IMG/VR virus record: IMGVR_UViG_2617270938_000002
DNA: 13,037 nucleotides
Reading direction: 5' to 3' (one strand)
Source of the DNA: a virus
Taxonomy: Duplodnaviria; Heunggongvirae; Uroviricota; Caudoviricetes
The translations under genes and the position numbers were made by a program. Positions 1-10,140 of the stretch are shown here, in pieces. Every line of letters starts with the position of its first letter. Within the stretch, counting starts at the first letter, position 1. The notes below the pieces were generated by a model. The model searched no databases. It had not been told where the DNA came from and saw only the letters and a list, made by a program, of their open reading frames with translations.

Positions 1-531
1 TGATGCCGTTCCTGCGCTGGAAGACGCTGACTGAGCCGACGACGCGGCCTGTCCGGCTGACGTGCTGGCTGCACGTGCTGAGCCTGCAGCATCAGTCGCA
101 CGGGTTGCCGCCTCACGGGCTGATGTGCCGGCATCGCTGGCTGACTTCTTCGCGGCTGCTGTGTTCTGCGCCACTGCGGACGCGTTACGCGCCACCTCTT
201 CCACCATCAGTTCAAAGCGGCGCAGTGCCTCCGGACGGGCATCATCCTCCGTCATGGCACCGAGAAAATCATTCAGCGTACCGGGTCGGGAATCTTCATA
301 CACGGTGATGGTCCCGGCATGTGACGGCGGGAATCCTTCCACCAACAGAATAACGCTGTACTGACCGTACTCAACGTCCATGCTGTAACGCCCGGCTTCA
401 TCCGGATTTTCAGATGCCACCGTGTTCACCACCACCGTGGTGCTGTTACGTTTTGCTTTCAGCTGGATTGTGCAGTTCTGTACCGGTTTACCTGCACCGT
501 CTTTCAGTACACCTGAAATCTTTACTGCCAT
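1..531 (-). CDS. stf: Side tail fibre protein Stf, N-terminal 177 codons; gene runs off the left edge of the window
   Basis: Minus-strand ATG at 531-529, in frame to position 1 with no stop. Translation begins MAVKISGVLKDGAGKPVQNCTIQLKAKRNSTTVVVNTVASENPDEAGRYSMDVEYGQYSV, matching the lambda Stf (orf-401) N-terminus as I recall it. GGGGTG Shine-Dalgarno-like motif upstream. Absent from the ORF track because it has no stop in the window. Confidence 0.8.
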   Translation of the reverse strand, partial: MAVKISGVLKDGAGKPVQNCTIQLKAKRNSTTVVVNTVASENPDEAGRYSMDVEYGQYSVILLVEGFPPSHAGTITVYEDSRPGTLNDFLGAMTEDDARPEALRRFELMVEEVARNASAVAQNTAAAKKSASDAGTSAREAATRATDAAGSARAASTSAGQAASSAQSASSSAGTAS

Positions 532-548
532 ATTCACCCCACAAAAAA

Positions 549-568
549 GCCCGCCTGAACCGGCGGGC
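549..568 (-). terminator. Rho-independent terminator downstream of lom
   Basis: Stem GCCCGCC (549-555) / GGCGGGC (562-568) with 6-nt loop; on the minus strand it is followed by a TTTTTT run (complement of the A-run at 543-548). Lies between the lom stop (596) and the stf start (531). Confidence 0.6.
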
Positions 569-595
569 TGTCATAACACTGTGTTACCTGGCTAA

Positions 596-1195
596 TCAGA
601 ACTTATAACCGACACCCATGATGAAACCGTCAGTGCGCCAGTCACCACTGCCGGAGCCTTCATAAGCAATATCAATGGCCACGGATTCGGTCGGGTTAAA
701 CTGCACGCCAGCCCCCCACGCCAGAGACGTGTTGCTGCGGCGACCGTCATCACTTCCGGTCAGCACGTCGTGCGTTTTCCCCTTGTTGTCAGTTACGCGG
801 AGATAATCCCCGGAGAAAGTCGACACACGGCTGTAAGCCACACCCGCCATCGCATACGCGCTGAACCATTCATTCACGCGCACAGACGGCCCCGCCATTA
901 CGCTGAACCAGCGGTTACGAACGGAATCTTCATGCCAGCGGGTATCGCTGTAACGGGTAAGCTGGCGATTCTTGTCTCCTGCATAGCTGAATGACGTCAC
1001 CAGCCCCAGTGTGTCCGTAAACTCATAACGGTATTTCACGTTAATCCCGTTCAGATCATCGCTGCCGGGAACGTTGGTCCGGGCATGAAGATACCCCGCG
1101 CTCAGCGTGGACTGATGTTCAGATGCCCATGCAGGCGCACCGGATACGGCCAGACAAATGGCTGCGGACAAAATGGCGGCATAAAGTTTACGCAT
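596..1195 (-). CDS. lom: Lom outer-membrane protein (Ail/Lom/PagC family), 199 aa
   Basis: ORF translation has a signal-peptide-like N-terminus ([24 protein letters not shown]) and a C-terminal aromatic residue (GVGYKF) typical of beta-barrel outer-membrane proteins; overall resemblance to lambda Lom; sits between J and stf as in lambda; GAGAGGT Shine-Dalgarno upstream. Confidence 0.9.
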   Translation of the reverse strand: MRKLYAAILSAAICLAVSGAPAWASEHQSTLSAGYLHARTNVPGSDDLNGINVKYRYEFTDTLGLVTSFSYAGDKNRQLTRYSDTRWHEDSVRNRWFSVMAGPSVRVNEWFSAYAMAGVAYSRVSTFSGDYLRVTDNKGKTHDVLTGSDDGRRSNTSLAWGAGVQFNPTESVAIDIAYEGSGSGDWRTDGFIMGVGYKF

Positions 1196-1218
1196 AATTA
1201 CCTCTCGCTTTTCTGCAA

Positions 1219-1243
1219 TAAAAAAGGCACCATTTCTGGTGCC
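1219..1243 (-). terminator. Rho-independent terminator between J and lom
   Basis: Stem GGCACC (1226-1231) / GGTGCC (1238-1243) with flanking A-T pairs, followed on the minus strand by TTTTTTATT (complement of 1219-1225). Confidence 0.55.
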
Positions 1244-1264
1244 TTTATATGGGTTATAACAACT

Positions 1265-3685
<2,421 letters not shown>

Positions 3686-3741
3686 TCACGCTCCATAAAC
3701 GACAAAACCGCCCGCAGGCGGTTTCACATAAACGTTTTTCA

Positions 3742-4389
3742 TCAGCGACCAATCACCACAACCTGACCACCATCCCCTTCGTCTGCCGTGCTGATCTCCT
3801 GAGAGACCACCCGCGACCCCACGCGCATTTCACCGTACAGAACGGGCAGAACATTGCCCTGGGCAACCATGTTATCCAGTGACGAGAAATAGGTGTTCTG
3901 TTTGCCGTTATCTGTACTTGCTGCCGTGGGCGTCCTGGCTTTCGGTGCCAGCATCTGCGCCACTCCGCCCAGGATCATACTGGCCCCTGCCGCATACATG
4001 CCCGATACAGCCGCGGCACCCAGCCAGCCCACAGGGTTCCACCATGCCACCGCAATCAGCGCCGCCCCCAGCACCACCTGAAACACACCGCCACTTTTAG
4101 CTCCCGCCAGACGCGGCACGATGTGGATCACGGCACCATTTGCCAGCGGCTCATTAAGACGGGCAGACAATTCGGTTTCACCTGCATCACGCCCGGCAAT
4201 GCGTACCTGGTACCAGCCGTCGCTCAGTTTCTGACGAAACGCCGGGATCTGCATGGCCAGCGCCCGGATGGCTTCGGACCCCGTTTTCACTCGAAGGTCG
4301 ATGCGGCGGCCAAATCGTTGTAAATCCCCGTAAAGGCAGATGCGTGCCATGCCCGGTGACGCCAGAGGGAGTGTGTGCGTCGCTGCCAT
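3742..4389 (-). CDS. I: Tail assembly protein I, 215 aa
   Basis: Translation MAATHTLPLASPGMARICLYGDLQRFGRRIDLRVKTG ... NGKQNTYFSSLDNMVAQGNVLPVLYGEMRVGSRVVSQEISTADEGDGGQVVVIGR matches lambda I at both ends; correct position between K and J. Confidence 0.9.
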   Translation of the reverse strand: MAATHTLPLASPGMARICLYGDLQRFGRRIDLRVKTGSEAIRALAMQIPAFRQKLSDGWYQVRIAGRDAGETELSARLNEPLANGAVIHIVPRLAGAKSGGVFQVVLGAALIAVAWWNPVGWLGAAAVSGMYAAGASMILGGVAQMLAPKARTPTAASTDNGKQNTYFSSLDNMVAQGNVLPVLYGEMRVGSRVVSQEISTADEGDGGQVVVIGR

Positions 4390-5030
4390 TTGTCGGTGTA
4401 CCTCTCTCGTTTGCTCAGTTGTTCAGGAATATGGTGCAGCAGCTCGCCATCACCACAGTAAATGGCGGCATGATTCGGCACCGATGAACCAAAACAGCAC
4501 AGCAGCACATCGCCCGGTTGTGCTGATGACAACGGCACCTGATACAGCCCTGTGGCCTCCAGATTATCCAGATAGAGATTCTGACCGTGACGCCACCAGT
4601 CATCCCCGCGATGAAAATCCGGCATCTCAATCCCCGCCAGATGATAAGCATCCCGGAACAGCGTGTAACAGTCCGTCACCCCGTGCTCAAAGCGCCGCCC
4701 GGTGAGATGCGGCACACAGCGGAACTTATGAATCGTCCCCCGGCAGACCAGCCACCACGGCAAATCACTCTGCACCTGCAGCCGCCGGTCGGCCTCACTC
4801 AGCCAGGGCAGACCACCGGGGTGGCTGTGGACCAGTGCCACAATCTCTCCCTGCATTTCTGCACTCAGCCAGTCCTCCGGCGACATCCGGAAATACGCCT
4901 CCGGCTCACCGGAGATATTCACGCAGGGAAAATATCTTTCCCCCTCCGGTGTTCTCACCACGAAGCCGCACGACTCCGCTGGCGCACATCGCCGGGCGTG
5001 CGCCAGAATCGCTGATTCTGTCTCTGTCAT
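4287..5030 (-). CDS. K: Tail assembly protein K (MPN/JAMM plus NlpC/P60 domains), 247 aa from the ATG at 5030
   Basis: JAMM motif HSHPGGLPWLSEAD (HxHx7Sx2D) and an NlpC/P60-like Cys...His arrangement (TDCYTLF ... NHAAIY). Overlaps I by 103 bp, the same length I recall for the lambda K/I overlap. The ORF-track ORF begins at a GTG at 5039; the lambda-annotated start would correspond to the internal Met at 4886. Confidence 0.85.
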   Translation of the reverse strand: MTETESAILAHARRCAPAESCGFVVRTPEGERYFPCVNISGEPEAYFRMSPEDWLSAEMQGEIVALVHSHPGGLPWLSEADRRLQVQSDLPWWLVCRGTIHKFRCVPHLTGRRFEHGVTDCYTLFRDAYHLAGIEMPDFHRGDDWWRHGQNLYLDNLEATGLYQVPLSSAQPGDVLLCCFGSSVPNHAAIYCGDGELLHHIPEQLSKRERYTDKWQRRTHSLWRHRAWHASAFTGIYNDLAAASTFE

Positions 5031-5035
5031 GGGAT

Positions 5036-5734
5036 TCACTGCGAAAGTTTGTTAATGGAAAGGAAGCCGCCAAAGTTGCCGACGTTATTGCGAAACTTAC
5101 AGCCGCTCAGGCATTTGCTGCATTTATCCTTCGTGATATCGGACGTCGGCTGATCATATTCATCCGCGACCGCCGGACCGTGATAACCGCACTCATCACC
5201 GCGATAGGTCCAGGTGCAGGTGTTGGCCAGCATGATACGTCCCGGAAAAACGGCACCGTCCGTTTCCGTCGGCGTGGACAGTACAAAAGAGGCACTCACC
5301 GCGCTCAGTTCGCTGCACTGCTCGATGCGCCAGCGGCTGATCACCTCCTGCTCCGGATCGGCGTCACTGTTTCCGTTGACGAAGTTCACCGCATCCAGAA
5401 AACGGGCGTAAACCTTACGCCGGACCACCGTTCCTCCGACCAGACTCTGCAGGTCTTCCGCCATCCCGGTGACCATGCCGTGCAGGTTAGAAACCGTCAG
5501 TGTCGGACGGGCAGCACTGCCCTTGCCGTTCAGTTCAAATCCCGTCCCCTGAATGGGATACGCCTGATACTGTCGCCCCTGCCAGGTGACCGGCTCACCT
5601 TTTTCGTTCTGCTCATTACAGAAAAAATAACGTTCTCCACCGACCTCTGTCAGATCGATTTCCCAGAGCACCACCTGGGCTGACTGAGTGAGGCGTGTCG
5701 TCTCATGATGTGTTTCCTGTGGAATATCCTGCAT
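5036..5734 (-). CDS. L: Minor tail protein L, 232 aa
   Basis: Translation MQDIPQETHH...VVLWEIDLTEVGGERYFFCNEQNEKGEPVTWQGRQYQAYPIQG...CSKCLSGCKFRNNVGNFGGFLSINKLSQ matches lambda L; same length as lambda L. Confidence 0.9.
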   Translation of the reverse strand: MQDIPQETHHETTRLTQSAQVVLWEIDLTEVGGERYFFCNEQNEKGEPVTWQGRQYQAYPIQGTGFELNGKGSAARPTLTVSNLHGMVTGMAEDLQSLVGGTVVRRKVYARFLDAVNFVNGNSDADPEQEVISRWRIEQCSELSAVSASFVLSTPTETDGAVFPGRIMLANTCTWTYRGDECGYHGPAVADEYDQPTSDITKDKCSKCLSGCKFRNNVGNFGGFLSINKLSQ

Positions 5735-5743
5735 CAGAGACTC

Positions 5744-6073
5744 CTATGCCACGACCTGTTCAAAATCTGCCGTTATGGTTACCCACAACGCCCCCACGCT
5801 TGCCGACCATTTACGACAAACCACCCTGATCGGCTTCCAGTCATAAGGTGGCGTCCACTGAAATGCGCGGACGCCACCGTGCCGTTCCAGAAAGGCTTTT
5901 AAAGATGGGTGTTCACATTTACGAACACGTATCGTCACGCTGTAAGTCGACAACTGGTTATTCAGTCCCGCCGCACGACGCTGTTCATAACCATCGCCCA
6001 GCTTCACTGTCACCACTTTCGGCTCTGATACCACATTCATATCCGGGCGCACTTTCCAGTGAAACGTCTCCAT
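5744..6073 (-). CDS. M: Minor tail protein M, 109 aa
   Basis: Translation METFHWKVRPDMNVVSEPKVVTVKLGDGYEQRRAAGLNNQL... matches lambda M; same length; start overlaps the H-fragment stop (TAATG). Confidence 0.9.
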   Translation of the reverse strand: METFHWKVRPDMNVVSEPKVVTVKLGDGYEQRRAAGLNNQLSTYSVTIRVRKCEHPSLKAFLERHGGVRAFQWTPPYDWKPIRVVCRKWSASVGALWVTITADFEQVVA

Positions 6074-7083
6074 TACCGATATGCTCCACTTAACCGACCA
6101 CCATCACGGGCCTGCTGTTGCATAAAGTCCGCTGCCGCTTTTTTCCCAAGGTCATAAACCACCTTCAGGGCAGCCGGACCTATCTGCCCGTTCGTGCCAT
6201 CGTTATTGATCTCGATGTTGTACTGCGGGGCAAACATCGCCATACCTGAACCACCAATATCCGCCACAACCCCCAGCTTACCGTCAGCACCACGACGCAG
6301 TGGCAGAATGGCTTCAGGTCCAGCTTCCCCCATCACACCCGCGCCTTTTGCAAAAGCAAAAAACGTCGGACGGTTAACCACCGTGCCACTGTAACGACTC
6401 AAATCAGCAGACTGATAAATCCCCCCATTGGCATTCAGGGAAAGGCTGCTGAGATCAAATCCCAGTACACTGCCAATCCCTTTTATCGATTTCATCATGG
6501 TTGCCTGCGCCAGGATTTTCGCCATATCTGACAGCACCGAAGAGGTGAAGGATTTGAAGTTGAGTTTGCCGGTAGTGACAAAAGTTGCCAGGCCATTTCC
6601 CATGTTGCTGAAGGCTGACGAGAACCCCTGTTCTGCTGTTCCTGCCGTATTGTCTGCATCCACGGTAAAATCCTGAAATGCACGCAGGACTCCGTTTTTC
6701 CAGTTACCCTGCACAACTTCAAGCTGTTGCCAGTAACGGCGATTCTCATTCAGTTGTCGGTTCAGGCTCTCCGTCAGCGCCTGCTCGGCCTTTCTGTAGT
6801 CATCCGTGTTATATGTCCCTTTCTGCTCACTATCCCGCCTCAACTGCTCCAGCTGTTGCTGGTATTTCTGGCGAAGACTCAGTTGTACCTGATATCGCTG
6901 CCGCTGCTGATCACCCATACCGCCAATAACCCCGCCAAGCATCATGCCTTTCGGTGACATCAGAGTGTCTATCCATCCGGCACGGTTAGCCAGCGTTATC
7001 CCGGATCCCCTCACAGACGGATTGCGCCCGGAGCGTGTCGCATTGTGGTCATGTTCTCGCTGTGCCAGTCGGAATGAGGCCAC
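6073..7083 (-). pseudogene. H: Tail tape-measure protein H, C-terminal fragment only (N-terminal part of the gene absent)
   Basis: The C-terminal part of the 336-aa ORF (INNDGTNGQIGPAALKVVYDLGKKAAADFMQQQARDGG) resembles the lambda H C-terminus and is followed directly by M. Lambda H is 853 aa, but only about 1 kb of gene is present here and the ORF's N-terminal residues do not look like tape-measure sequence. The upstream limit of the fragment is uncertain. Confidence 0.75.
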
Positions 7084-7368
7084 TGGCAGCCTTTTTCACG
7101 AAGTAACCAGCTTTCAAGACATTCCACGCCACCAGCACGACGGATCACTGCCTCATCGCGGAACACGGCCCGAACGGCAGGATCATCCGCCAGCGGTTGT
7201 GATGCCGCCGGAACGGCACCACTGGCGAAAGATGAATAACGCTCCGGCTCAGGCTCCAGCAGGACACGCCCCTGCATAAACAGGGGCATCAGCTCTGAAC
7301 CTGGCCTGAACAATACGATCCCCATACGCGGGGCAATTTCAGGGGTCAGTAGTGCTCTCACGGTCACC

Positions 7369-8166
7369 TCAATGAACGGTATCGAGCAGCTTTAACAGCT
7401 CAGTGAATCGGGATTCGAAGAAATGCGGCTGCGTCTCGCGCGGATTTGCAGGACTGGTGATGTTCTTGCCGAACATGCAGCCTTTCGCCGTCAGCGACCA
7501 GAATTTTTTGATGTTGTTAATCGCTGTACGGCTGTATCGTTCGCGCTGTTCGACGATCCCCAGCTTCGCCATCTGGTGATATGCCTGATTAGCCGTCAGG
7601 CGGATACCATACTGCTTCAGCAGTGCACTCAGTGACAGCGTGGGGCGGCTTGAGCCATCAGGCGCGTCAGCAGGAGCATCAATGGCATAACGCGGTGCCA
7701 GATTCGGTAAGCCAACAGCCTCCTGGAGTTTCTGACAGGCCCCAAGCACAGATGAGTTAGACAGATTTAACTCCCGGCGCATAAAGTCCAGCAGAATCAC
7801 ACCAGCCTTCATCTTGTCAGCAGCCTGTCCGGATAATTTTTCCGGTGCGCTGGTTACCATGTCGAAAGTACGGATCACCTTAAGATGGAATGACGGGCTT
7901 ATCCACATTGCATAGGCATACACCAGTTCTTTGCAGACATACGTCCCCTGGTTATTTCCGCCACGAATAACGTTAACTGGCTCTATATTGACCGAGTTGC
8001 AAATCTGCAACTCGCTTATTAAACGTTCAGTTTGCTCATTGCGGAGCCAGAATGCAGGCTTATGCTTATCCAGAGAACCGGCAGCCCTGTGAAGATCGTT
8101 CAGGCTGTAACGACCATAAGCATCACGACGAACTTCAATACCATCAATGACCATCAGATTATTCAT
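7369..8166 (-). CDS. KilA-N domain protein, 265 aa (possible antirepressor-type protein)
   Basis: N-terminal region MNNLMVIDGIEVRRDAYGRYSLNDLHRAAG...KPAFWLRNEQTERLI...GTYVCKELVYAYAMWISPSFHLKVI has the pattern I associate with KilA-N/APSES-type DNA-binding domains; strong Shine-Dalgarno AAGAGGAGAAA upstream of the ATG at 8166. Family assignment is from memory only. Confidence 0.6.
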   Translation of the reverse strand: MNNLMVIDGIEVRRDAYGRYSLNDLHRAAGSLDKHKPAFWLRNEQTERLISELQICNSVNIEPVNVIRGGNNQGTYVCKELVYAYAMWISPSFHLKVIRTFDMVTSAPEKLSGQAADKMKAGVILLDFMRRELNLSNSSVLGACQKLQEAVGLPNLAPRYAIDAPADAPDGSSRPTLSLSALLKQYGIRLTANQAYHQMAKLGIVEQRERYSRTAINNIKKFWSLTAKGCMFGKNITSPANPRETQPHFFESRFTELLKLLDTVH

Positions 8167-8216
8167 ACTTCGTTTCTCCTCTTAATCGGGCGGCTCCCCC
8201 CGCCGTTTTCTCGTAC

Positions 8217-8360
8217 TTACTGATAGTGATCTCGACCTTCCCTTCCGGGATATCCCAGCATGGTTGCCACCTCCTGATTGGTTGGCGGAAAGCCACGCTC
8301 TTTCTGATAAGAAATCAGCATATCCAGCACCTGCTGCTGGCATTGAGTTAACGTCGTCAT
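8217..8360 (-). CDS. 47-aa small ORF resembling the LexA N-terminal DNA-binding domain
   Basis: Translated by hand (not in the ORF track, which omits ORFs below about 60 aa): MTTLTQCQQQVLDMLISYQKERGFPPTNQEVATMLGYPGREGRDHYQ. Compare LexA N-terminus ...[34 protein letters not shown]. ATG at 8360 overlaps the stop of the upstream gene (TAATG). Could be a gene fragment. Confidence 0.4.
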   Translation of the reverse strand: MTTLTQCQQQVLDMLISYQKERGFPPTNQEVATMLGYPGREGRDHYQ

Positions 8361-8848
8361 TACGCCCCCACGTAATTCCCTGACAGATACCACTCATCAC
8401 CCGATACAGCGCGCTTGCTGCTTTTCCGTAAACACTGCTCACGACGCGCCAGAAAATTGTTTCGTTCTGGCTGGGAGTGGCTTTCACGGAATGCCTCCAT
8501 CCACACCGTTGCAGCTCGACGGTATAAGCCCCTGGACTCCAGTTCTTCCGCCTGGCGGGTCAGGCACAAAATCACCCGCGGGTCGTTAGTGCCGACATAG
8601 AAATTGCGCACAGGTCTGGTTTCACGAACTGGTTGTGGTTCCGGATCCTGCGCTCTCTCAGTCAGGCGCGGGAAATGTCTGTGTGTATCTCCTTCACAAC
8701 GGTGAGCCACACGCCCACTCTGACGTAACTTGCTTGCTGACTGCAGAACGCGCTGCCGTGAGTAACCTGCAAAAGCATCCGCAATGTCTCCGGAAGTACA
8801 GCCCGGATGGGCTTCAATGAATTTCTGAACGTCATTCAAAAGACTCAT
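8360..8848 (-). CDS. Putative PerC-family regulator, about 162 aa
   Basis: C-terminal segment LESRGLYRRAATVWMEAF resembles the conserved PerC/Pch motif (L-E-x-x-G-L-W-R-R-A-A-x-x-W) as I remember it. ATG at 8848 has an AGGGGG Shine-Dalgarno 5-6 nt upstream, inside the 3' end of the O-like gene; the ORF track starts it at a GTG at 8854. Confidence 0.5.
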   Translation of the reverse strand: MSLLNDVQKFIEAHPGCTSGDIADAFAGYSRQRVLQSASKLRQSGRVAHRCEGDTHRHFPRLTERAQDPEPQPVRETRPVRNFYVGTNDPRVILCLTRQAEELESRGLYRRAATVWMEAFRESHSQPERNNFLARREQCLRKSSKRAVSGDEWYLSGNYVGA

Positions 8849-8850
8849 GA

Positions 8851-9792
8851 TCACCCCCTGAATCCTGCCGGGATCTGGCTGTAGTCCACGTTGTCGTAAC
8901 TGGCTTTGAAGTACGGGTCTTCACGTTTTTCTGTGTGCGTGCTGACGGACGGCGATAAGCGCAGGGAAAGCTCATCCCATTTTTCCCGCAACTTCGACGG
9001 GCTGAGCACGTTACGGCACCAGAACGGATCGCGGCTGACGCGGCTGTACATCTCGCAGATTTGTTTGTGAGTACGACCATCCTGCACACACATCAGGCGA
9101 ATTTCGTTTGCCCATGCTGTCCAGTTCGGTTCTTTGGGACGAACCACCTCGCCGTCACATTCGGCGGCCTGCTCGTACAGGGCAATGATTTTTTTCCAGA
9201 GCCACTGTGCGCAGGTCAAATCATCCTGCGTTCCCCACTGGCGCTTTTTAGGGCTGAATACAACCGCATCAGGATGGCGAGTTAAAAAATCCTGTTCAGC
9301 CGTCTGCGTGTCCGGTTGCGAAGCGTCCGGACGAGAAGGTTTTTTATCTGACGGATCATGTTTTGATTTTACTGACGGATCCCCGCCAGATTCTGACGGG
9401 TGAAAACCCGCTTTTTTGCCAGATTTCGACGCATCAAATTTTGACGTGTCAGATTTTGATGCGTCAGATTTTGACGGGTCAGAATCTGACAGTTGAGAAA
9501 ATGCCGCTGCCTGAAGCTTCGCAACGTTAAGCTGATAAACATTCGACGCATTGCGGTTACCCTGGCGACGCGCCTTACGCGTTAACCAGCCTTCTGCTTC
9601 CAGCCGTGCGATAGCCGTTCTGACGGTACTCATCCCCGCGCCAATCTGACGGGCAATGGTTTCAATTGATGGCCAGCACACACCTTCGTCATTACTGAAA
9701 TCAGCCAGGCGGGCCATAATTGCCACGCTGGATAATTTCATGCCTGATGCAGCGCAACCATCCCATACATAGCCGGTTAATTTAGTGCTCAT
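8851..9792 (-). CDS. Phage replication initiator, lambda O-like (N-terminal DNA-binding domain, repetitive linker, conserved C-terminal domain), 313 aa
   Basis: N-terminal winged-helix-like segment (SVAIMARLADFSNDEGVCWPSIETIARQIGAGMSTVRTAIARLEAEGWL); internal low-complexity repeat SDSDPSKSDASKSDTSKFDASKSGKK encoded by tandem DNA repeats; position immediately after the cro/cII-like genes. Functional call is by architecture and position. Confidence 0.65.
   Translation of the reverse strand: MSTKLTGYVWDGCAASGMKLSSVAIMARLADFSNDEGVCWPSIETIARQIGAGMSTVRTAIARLEAEGWLTRKARRQGNRNASNVYQLNVAKLQAAAFSQLSDSDPSKSDASKSDTSKFDASKSGKKAGFHPSESGGDPSVKSKHDPSDKKPSRPDASQPDTQTAEQDFLTRHPDAVVFSPKKRQWGTQDDLTCAQWLWKKIIALYEQAAECDGEVVRPKEPNWTAWANEIRLMCVQDGRTHKQICEMYSRVSRDPFWCRNVLSPSKLREKWDELSLRLSPSVSTHTEKREDPYFKASYDNVDYSQIPAGFRG
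9364..9493. repeat. Iteron-like tandem repeats inside the O-like gene (candidate replication origin)
   Basis: Five contiguous 15-bp repeats at 9419-9493 (consensus about TCAGATTTTGACGNG, including TCAGAATCTGA, which is a perfect palindrome), plus further copies at 9387-9400 and a degenerate one at 9364-9378. Confidence 0.55.
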
Positions 9793-9801
9793 GACCGACC
9801 T

Positions 9802-10140
9802 CTACTTCCCTGAATTTACGACGAAACTGTTCGAGCGGGCTGAAGCACTCATGCTCATAGCCTTCGCGGAGGTAGATAACCCGTTGTGTTTCCGGCTCCC
9901 AACGAATGACTCTGACGGGCACTCCGTAGTGATCTTTGAACCAGCGGTTAACTTGTCGCAAAGGACTGTCTCCTTCTGCCGGTTGAAATCACCCACAGCC
10001 CACTCTGCAAAGCTGTGGGTTACAATTTCCCTGTCACCTGGTACATTTACTGCATAGCAATACTCCACCTTCGCTTTTCCACCCGGTACAGGAAGCGCAA
10101 TCAGTTGCGAGCGACGGTAGTGTGTTGTTAAACTGTTCAT
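9802..10140 (-). CDS. Hypothetical protein, 112 aa
   Basis: ORF tightly packed between neighbours: its start overlaps the upstream gene stop (ATGA at 10137-10140) and its 3' end supplies a GAGGT Shine-Dalgarno for the O-like gene. The C-terminal third is low complexity, so the call is weak. Confidence 0.4.
   Translation of the reverse strand: MNSLTTHYRRSQLIALPVPGGKAKVEYCYAVNVPGDREIVTHSFAEWAVGDFNRQKETVLCDKLTAGSKITTECPSESFVGSRKHNGLSTSAKAMSMSASARSNSFVVNSGK

Noticed and set aside
3-364. Plus-strand ORFs 3..308 and 62..364
   Set aside because: Antisense to the stf N-terminal coding region; composition typical of GC-rich shadow frames.
3705-3724. Hairpin AAACCGCC-CGCA-GGCGGTTT between I and J
   Set aside because: Structure is real, but J must be co-transcribed with I in a late operon and the downstream U-tract is interrupted, so it is not called as a terminator; possibly an mRNA-stabilising or attenuating stem.
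4340-5683. Plus-strand ORFs 4340..4705, 4587..5015 and 4835..5683
   Set aside because: Antisense or alternative frames over the K and L genes, which have clear homology on the minus strand.
7011-7367. 118-aa minus-strand ORF starting with GTG immediately after the KilA-N stop
   Set aside because: It spans the inferred deletion junction and overlaps the tape-measure fragment frame; no ribosome-binding site or recognisable domain; most likely a fusion or shadow ORF. Discussed under the junction finding rather than called as a gene.
8189-8209. Short GC hairpin (GGCGG / CCGCC) followed by GTTTT on the plus strand, upstream of the KilA-N start
   Set aside because: Only a 5-bp stem, and it is on the strand opposite to all local genes; no evidence of a plus-strand transcript to terminate.
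8182-8487. 101-aa minus-strand ORF
   Set aside because: Overlaps both the PerC-like gene and the LexA-like mini-ORF in another frame; the C-terminus is low-complexity Arg/Ser-rich; the 47-aa LexA-like frame explains this region better.
9369-9551. 60-aa minus-strand ORF with repetitive QNLTRQNL peptide
   Set aside because: An alternative frame across the iteron repeats inside the O-like gene; the repetitiveness comes from the DNA repeats.
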